Source: an uncultured Bacilli bacterium (GTDB lineage Bacteria; Bacillota_I; Bacilli_A; RF39; UBA660). Taken from it: a stretch of 40,354 nt of DNA. Shown in pieces: positions 36,563-40,354 of this stretch. The position numbers and the translations under genes were made by a program. Each line of letters opens with the position of its first letter. Positions within the stretch are counted from its first letter, which is position 1. Under the pieces are notes generated by a model that saw nothing but the letters and a program-made list of their open reading frames with translations, was not told the DNA's origin and ran no database searches. The DNA is taken from positions 1-40,354 of the forward strand of contig CANQXV010000003.1 in the NCBI GenBank assembly GCA_947627895.1, read 5' to 3'.

Positions 36563-39500
36563 TTACCAGCAAGACCCTGATCCACTTGCATATCCTTGAT
36601 ATTGACATGCAGAATTACAATCGTTTGCACAGAAACTTTTTTGATGAGCCTTATAAGTGGTGTCCTCATAACAGTAGCAACTACATGTACGATATGGACT
36701 ACATGAATTACTGCTTCCTCCACCCGAAGAGGAACAAGTTGTTTGACAACCATCATTGCCATAACAATATCCTCCTATCGAAGTGTTTTTTTGCATACCA
36801 TCAGATTCGGAAATATAATAATAACAATATCCTTTATTAGCACCAGCCTCGGTACTTTTAGGTAAATATTGTCGTCCAGTTTGAAGACAACCATTGCTTG
36901 TACTTAAGAACCACCAACGATATTCGGATGACCAAGTACTACTATCAATTCTTAACCAACGCCAGCCCCCTAACCAAGAACCACTTTCAAAGTATTTCCA
37001 ACAAGAGCCTTCCCATTGCCATCCTTCTTTTACAACAGGTTTCTTTTCGGTTCGAGCTGAACTATATGCATAATCAGAATTGCCTTGAGTATCATATACA
37101 TCTACTTCAATAGAATAAGAGGTATCCTCGCTTAAGCCCGTCATATCACATGATACGGTACCACTACCACTTTTTGTACATTTTAGGGAATAATTAGCGT
37201 AGAATTGGACACTTGATATCGAATATGTTCCTTTAGTAACATAGGCATCAACATGAATAGAATTTGGTCCCGTAGCATATGCACTTGATATCCGTACCTG
37301 TGGTTCGTCTACATCAAGGGTATAGGCAGAACTATAATCAGAGTCCCAATTTCCTTGGGTATCATAGATATAGACTGTTATACTATGATAACTATTCATA
37401 GATAACCCAGAAATGGTACATGAAGAAGAACTAGAATCATATCTTGTACATTCCTTATAGCCATCCACATAATATTCATATCTATCTATTGAATATGTCC
37501 CTTTGGTTCCCCGAGCACTAACATATATTGAATCTGCTGATGTACCATAAGCATTAGTTATTTCAACCTGTGGGTCCACTACTGATAATGTTCGAGCTGA
37601 ACTACTAGCGGTTGAGTAGTTCCCTTTTGTATCATAAATATAAACTGTAATAGAATAATACGTATCAATGCTTAAACCAGTTACATCACAAGATGCAGAA
37701 GTACCAGATGTACTTTTCGTACATTTTTTATTTCCAACATAAAATTCGTATCTATCTATTGAATATGTTCCTTTAGTTCCTGTAGCACTAACATATATCG
37801 AATTTGTTCCCGTTCCATAAGCATTAGTAATTCTTACAGTTGGTTTTTTAACATCTGCAGTTTTTATTGTTTTGGAAGCCGACGTAGACTTATTATAACT
37901 ATTGGTTGCCTCAACACTTATTGTATAATTAGTACTCATTGTTAAATTAGTAAATGTATATGAACTACAATTACCAGTTACCCAAGCATTGGTTCCTATT
38001 TTATACCTACATGAGGATAAAGTACCACTTCTAGCAGTCGCATTTGGATAAACAGTTATACTATCAGTTTCAGAACTTGAAGTTATATTTAATGTTGGTG
38101 TTAAAATCTGATTTGTTTTTTGAGTTAGTGACCTTTCACCAGTATGACCATTAACGTCAGTTACTACTACTTTTAAAGTGTAAGAAGTATTTTCATTTAA
38201 ACTTTGATATACATAGGTATTACTTGCGGCCATATTATTGGTATAAACGTATTTTCCATTTAAATAGTAATCATATTTTTTGATAGTTCCTGATCCTGCT
38301 GTTCCAATGGCCCTTAAAGATATACTATAGTAATCAACTACTGAAACTGCTAAATCTACCTTTGGATCTTCATAATCTGTTTTAGCTTTTACACTTGCTT
38401 CGGCTGTCAATCCCTTTTGGTCTGTTACTCTTACCGTAAAGGTATATTCCGTATTACTTGTTAATCCTGTAAAGGTATGCGTATCAACTATTGCACTACT
38501 ATTTACTGTTACCCATGAACCATTTCCTACTTTATATTCATACTTCGCTATTGTCCCGCTTCCTATTGTTGTCGTTGCTTTTACTACTACTTGATTTATT
38601 GTTTGACTTACATGTTCTAATACTACCTTTGGTCCTTCATATAATGTATGGCATGGCAATTCATATTCTTCCGAATAATTTCCTCGATTATTTAAGGCTT
38701 TGACTCTTATTTTATAATCTTTATCACTTTCTAGACCATCAAACGTATATTTATAGCTTTCACTTTCTTTCCACGTTTTTCCTTCATCTATACTATAGAA
38801 ATATTTACTTATTCTTCCATCTTGGCTTTCCGCGGTTACTTCTACTTCTATGCTATGGAATGATTCGTTTTTCCCTACACTTTTGATTATGACTCCTACA
38901 TCTGCTACCCGATAGGGATTGGATCTTGTTCCTTCTCCTCCTGTTAGGATTATGGTATCTTTTAAATTGATTGTTCCCCTTGCCATACTTACGGTACTAC
39001 TTGGGTTCCATCCCACATTTCCTTCAATATTTATAGCATAGTAGTTACTCGTTCCTACTTCTTTACTTACACTCCATTCTATTAATCCCGCTTGATACAT
39101 CCAGTTCTTTTCTCTGGCTTGGCTATAGGCTGTTCCGATTGTTTCCCAATATGATGGATGTGCACTATACATATATTCATTTACATACATAAGTCCTGTC
39201 TTACTATTCGTGGTTGCTCCTTTTATTTCTGCTGCATACACTTCTTTCGCCGTTTTTCCTATTTCACTTCTTGCAAATCCAGTGGTATACCATGCTGCAT
39301 TTGTTACCATATTTTGCCATTTGGATTCATACCCATTTATCATATCACTTCTCGTTGTTACACCACTGTTGGCTTTATTTATATCTTTTTCTTTTATTAG
39401 TTTGATATTATTTCCATAGACTCCAATTATTCGATACATATTTTCATCTGGACATGTATCTTCATCTGTTCCAAAGCATATATAGTTTTTTACATTTACA

Positions 39501-40294
39501 CCGGCATAACGATATGAATAATCTCCTGCTTCATCTTCTCCATATCCTGAGTCTTCTCCATCTTTATCATGATAGTAGATTCCTCCTTCTTCATTATTTT
39601 CTAGTTTATAATTATCTTTTAAACATTTGGCAAAGTTCTTTCCCTTACATACTTCTCCTAAACTACTTTCTCCTACTTCAATTTCTTTATTAATATCTAG
39701 TTTTAAGGTTACATAAAAGCTTTGACAATTTTCTTCATTTTCATTACATTTTGCTACACCATCTTCGGTAGATTTTTCTTTATATTCTGTAACTAGATAG
39801 TAGTTTACTCTGTCATCTTCGTCTCTTTCCACATTCATGGTTTCGATATATCTACTTAAACCTTCACTTAAGCCTTCATATGAGGCATCACATTTTTTAT
39901 TCGCAGCCGCATTAAAGCATTCCGTGATTATTTCATCCGATACCACCAACATTTTATTTACGTTAAATTTTTTGGTTATATTTTCAAGCTCCGCGGGATA
40001 ATCTTCACTTGCTTGATATTCAGTAAATAGTTCACTATATACATCTTTATTTATTTCTAATGTATATTTTTCATTAAATCCCGTATCTTTTAAATCATTT
40101 ATTTCCGTTTTATTTATTAAAAAATCGGCAAGATAATAGTTTCGATACAAATATCCTATATCATCATAATATACTTTGGTTTTTTCTTCCGTGATCGCAT
40201 TTCTATAACTTCCATACAATACTAGTAATGCCGCGGCCAAGAATACTATGGTTATTATTGTTTCGATAAATACAAATCCATTTTTCTTTTTCAC
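36563..40294 (-). CDS. Giant type IV prepilin-like adhesin: pilin N-terminus, DUF6273/C-lectin-like domain, 7 FN3, cell-wall-binding-like repeats, Cys-rich tail
   Basis: MKKKNG|FVFIETIITIV class III signal (G-1, F+1, E+5); SYRYAG/YRIIG/GLMY/GEGT..NPY domain; GL...T.Y...V FN3 motifs; GW..W.YF repeats; GTG start with AAGGTG RBS. Confidence 0.8.
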   Translation of the reverse strand: MKKKNGFVFIETIITIVFLAAALLVLYGSYRNAITEEKTKVYYDDIGYLYRNYYLADFLINKTEINDLKDTGFNEKYTLEINKDVYSELFTEYQASEDYPAELENITKKFNVNKMLVVSDEIITECFNAAANKKCDASYEGLSEGLSRYIETMNVERDEDDRVNYYLVTEYKEKSTEDGVAKCNENEENCQSFYVTLKLDINKEIEVGESSLGEVCKGKNFAKCLKDNYKLENNEEGGIYYHDKDGEDSGYGEDEAGDYSYRYAGVNVKNYICFGTDEDTCPDENMYRIIGVYGNNIKLIKEKDINKANSGVTTRSDMINGYESKWQNMVTNAAWYTTGFARSEIGKTAKEVYAAEIKGATTNSKTGLMYVNEYMYSAHPSYWETIGTAYSQAREKNWMYQAGLIEWSVSKEVGTSNYYAINIEGNVGWNPSSTVSMARGTINLKDTIILTGGEGTRSNPYRVADVGVIIKSVGKNESFHSIEVEVTAESQDGRISKYFYSIDEGKTWKESESYKYTFDGLESDKDYKIRVKALNNRGNYSEEYELPCHTLYEGPKVVLEHVSQTINQVVVKATTTIGSGTIAKYEYKVGNGSWVTVNSSAIVDTHTFTGLTSNTEYTFTVRVTDQKGLTAEASVKAKTDYEDPKVDLAVSVVDYYSISLRAIGTAGSGTIKKYDYYLNGKYVYTNNMAASNTYVYQSLNENTSYTLKVVVTDVNGHTGERSLTQKTNQILTPTLNITSSSETDSITVYPNATARSGTLSSCRYKIGTNAWVTGNCSSYTFTNLTMSTNYTISVEATNSYNKSTSASKTIKTADVKKPTVRITNAYGTGTNSIYVSATGTKGTYSIDRYEFYVGNKKCTKSTSGTSASCDVTGLSIDTYYSITVYIYDTKGNYSTASSSARTLSVVDPQVEITNAYGTSADSIYVSARGTKGTYSIDRYEYYVDGYKECTRYDSSSSSCTISGLSMNSYHSITVYIYDTQGNWDSDYSSAYTLDVDEPQVRISSAYATGPNSIHVDAYVTKGTYSISSVQFYANYSLKCTKSGSGTVSCDMTGLSEDTSYSIEVDVYDTQGNSDYAYSSARTEKKPVVKEGWQWEGSCWKYFESGSWLGGWRWLRIDSSTWSSEYRWWFLSTSNGCLQTGRQYLPKSTEAGANKGYCYYYISESDGMQKNTSIGGYCYGNDGCQTTCSSSGGGSSNSCSPYRTCSCYCYEDTTYKAHQKSFCANDCNSACQYQGYASGSGSCW
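37049..37852 (-). repeat. Three tandem 270-bp FN3-coding repeats
   Basis: GAATATGT at 37221, 37491 and 37761; TCTATCTATTGAATATGT identical at 37481 and 37751; protein repeat TKGTYSI...YDTxGN. Confidence 0.85.
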
Positions 40295-40324
40295 TACTAT
40301 CTACACCTTTCCCTATCCTATTCC

Positions 40325-40352
40325 ATTATACCAAACTTTTTCTCTTTTACAA
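40325..40352 (-). promoter_or_regulatory. Putative sigmaA promoter of the giant pilin operon
   Basis: TTGTAA-16-TATAAT with extended TG. Confidence 0.55.
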
Positions 40353-40354
40353 TT

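Noticed and set aside
277-39693. Short antisense or alternative-frame ORFs in the track (e.g. 1514-1843, 9858-10178, 28117-28527, 36535-36762, 39158-39693)
   Set aside because: Fully nested in confident genes, lack RBS or motifs, and show shadow-ORF composition.
1-40354. Genetic code 4 (Mollicutes-like recoding)
   Set aside because: Conserved genes are full length in the standard code, and yitT, ung, walJ and dnaB end at TGA.

Overview
Low-GC, gene-dense chromosomal segment of a Bacillota genome. It uses the standard code (TGA is a stop). The combination of reduced core synteny, peptidoglycan genes, gerQ and many orphan surface proteins suggests an uncultured gut Bacilli lineage such as RF39; this taxonomy is inferred only. 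The window is origin-proximal, with almost all core genes on the minus strand: soj/parA-spo0J/parB-DUF951-abgT-ychF ... rpsF-ssb-rpsR ... rplI-dnaB-M23/LysM/G5-walJ-rlmH-ung ... femAB x2 ... murJ ... DHHW-MBOAT ... gerQ ... ftsE-ftsX-M23. Accessory modules are interspersed: (1) a divergent XRE gene plus a 691-aa GLUG-like beta-helix surface protein; (2) a 2.2-kb cassette between rpsR and rplI, flanked by a perfect 20-bp direct repeat, carrying an XRE with two visible operators and a 622-aa SipW/TasA-like protein; (3) a 1243-aa protein with a type IV prepilin N-terminus, 7 FN3 domains, cell-wall-binding-like repeats and a Cys-rich tail, followed by three small membrane-anchored proteins; (4) two AAA_14/DUF4143 ATPases with matching promoter architecture. 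Proteins (2) and (3) share a homologous DUF6273/C-type-lectin-like domain on different fibre/pilus N-termini. This is my best candidate for an undescribed mix-and-match surface-display system. No rRNA, tRNA, CRISPR array, integrase, transposase or reverse transcriptase was found. All family assignments are by eye; no database searches were run.
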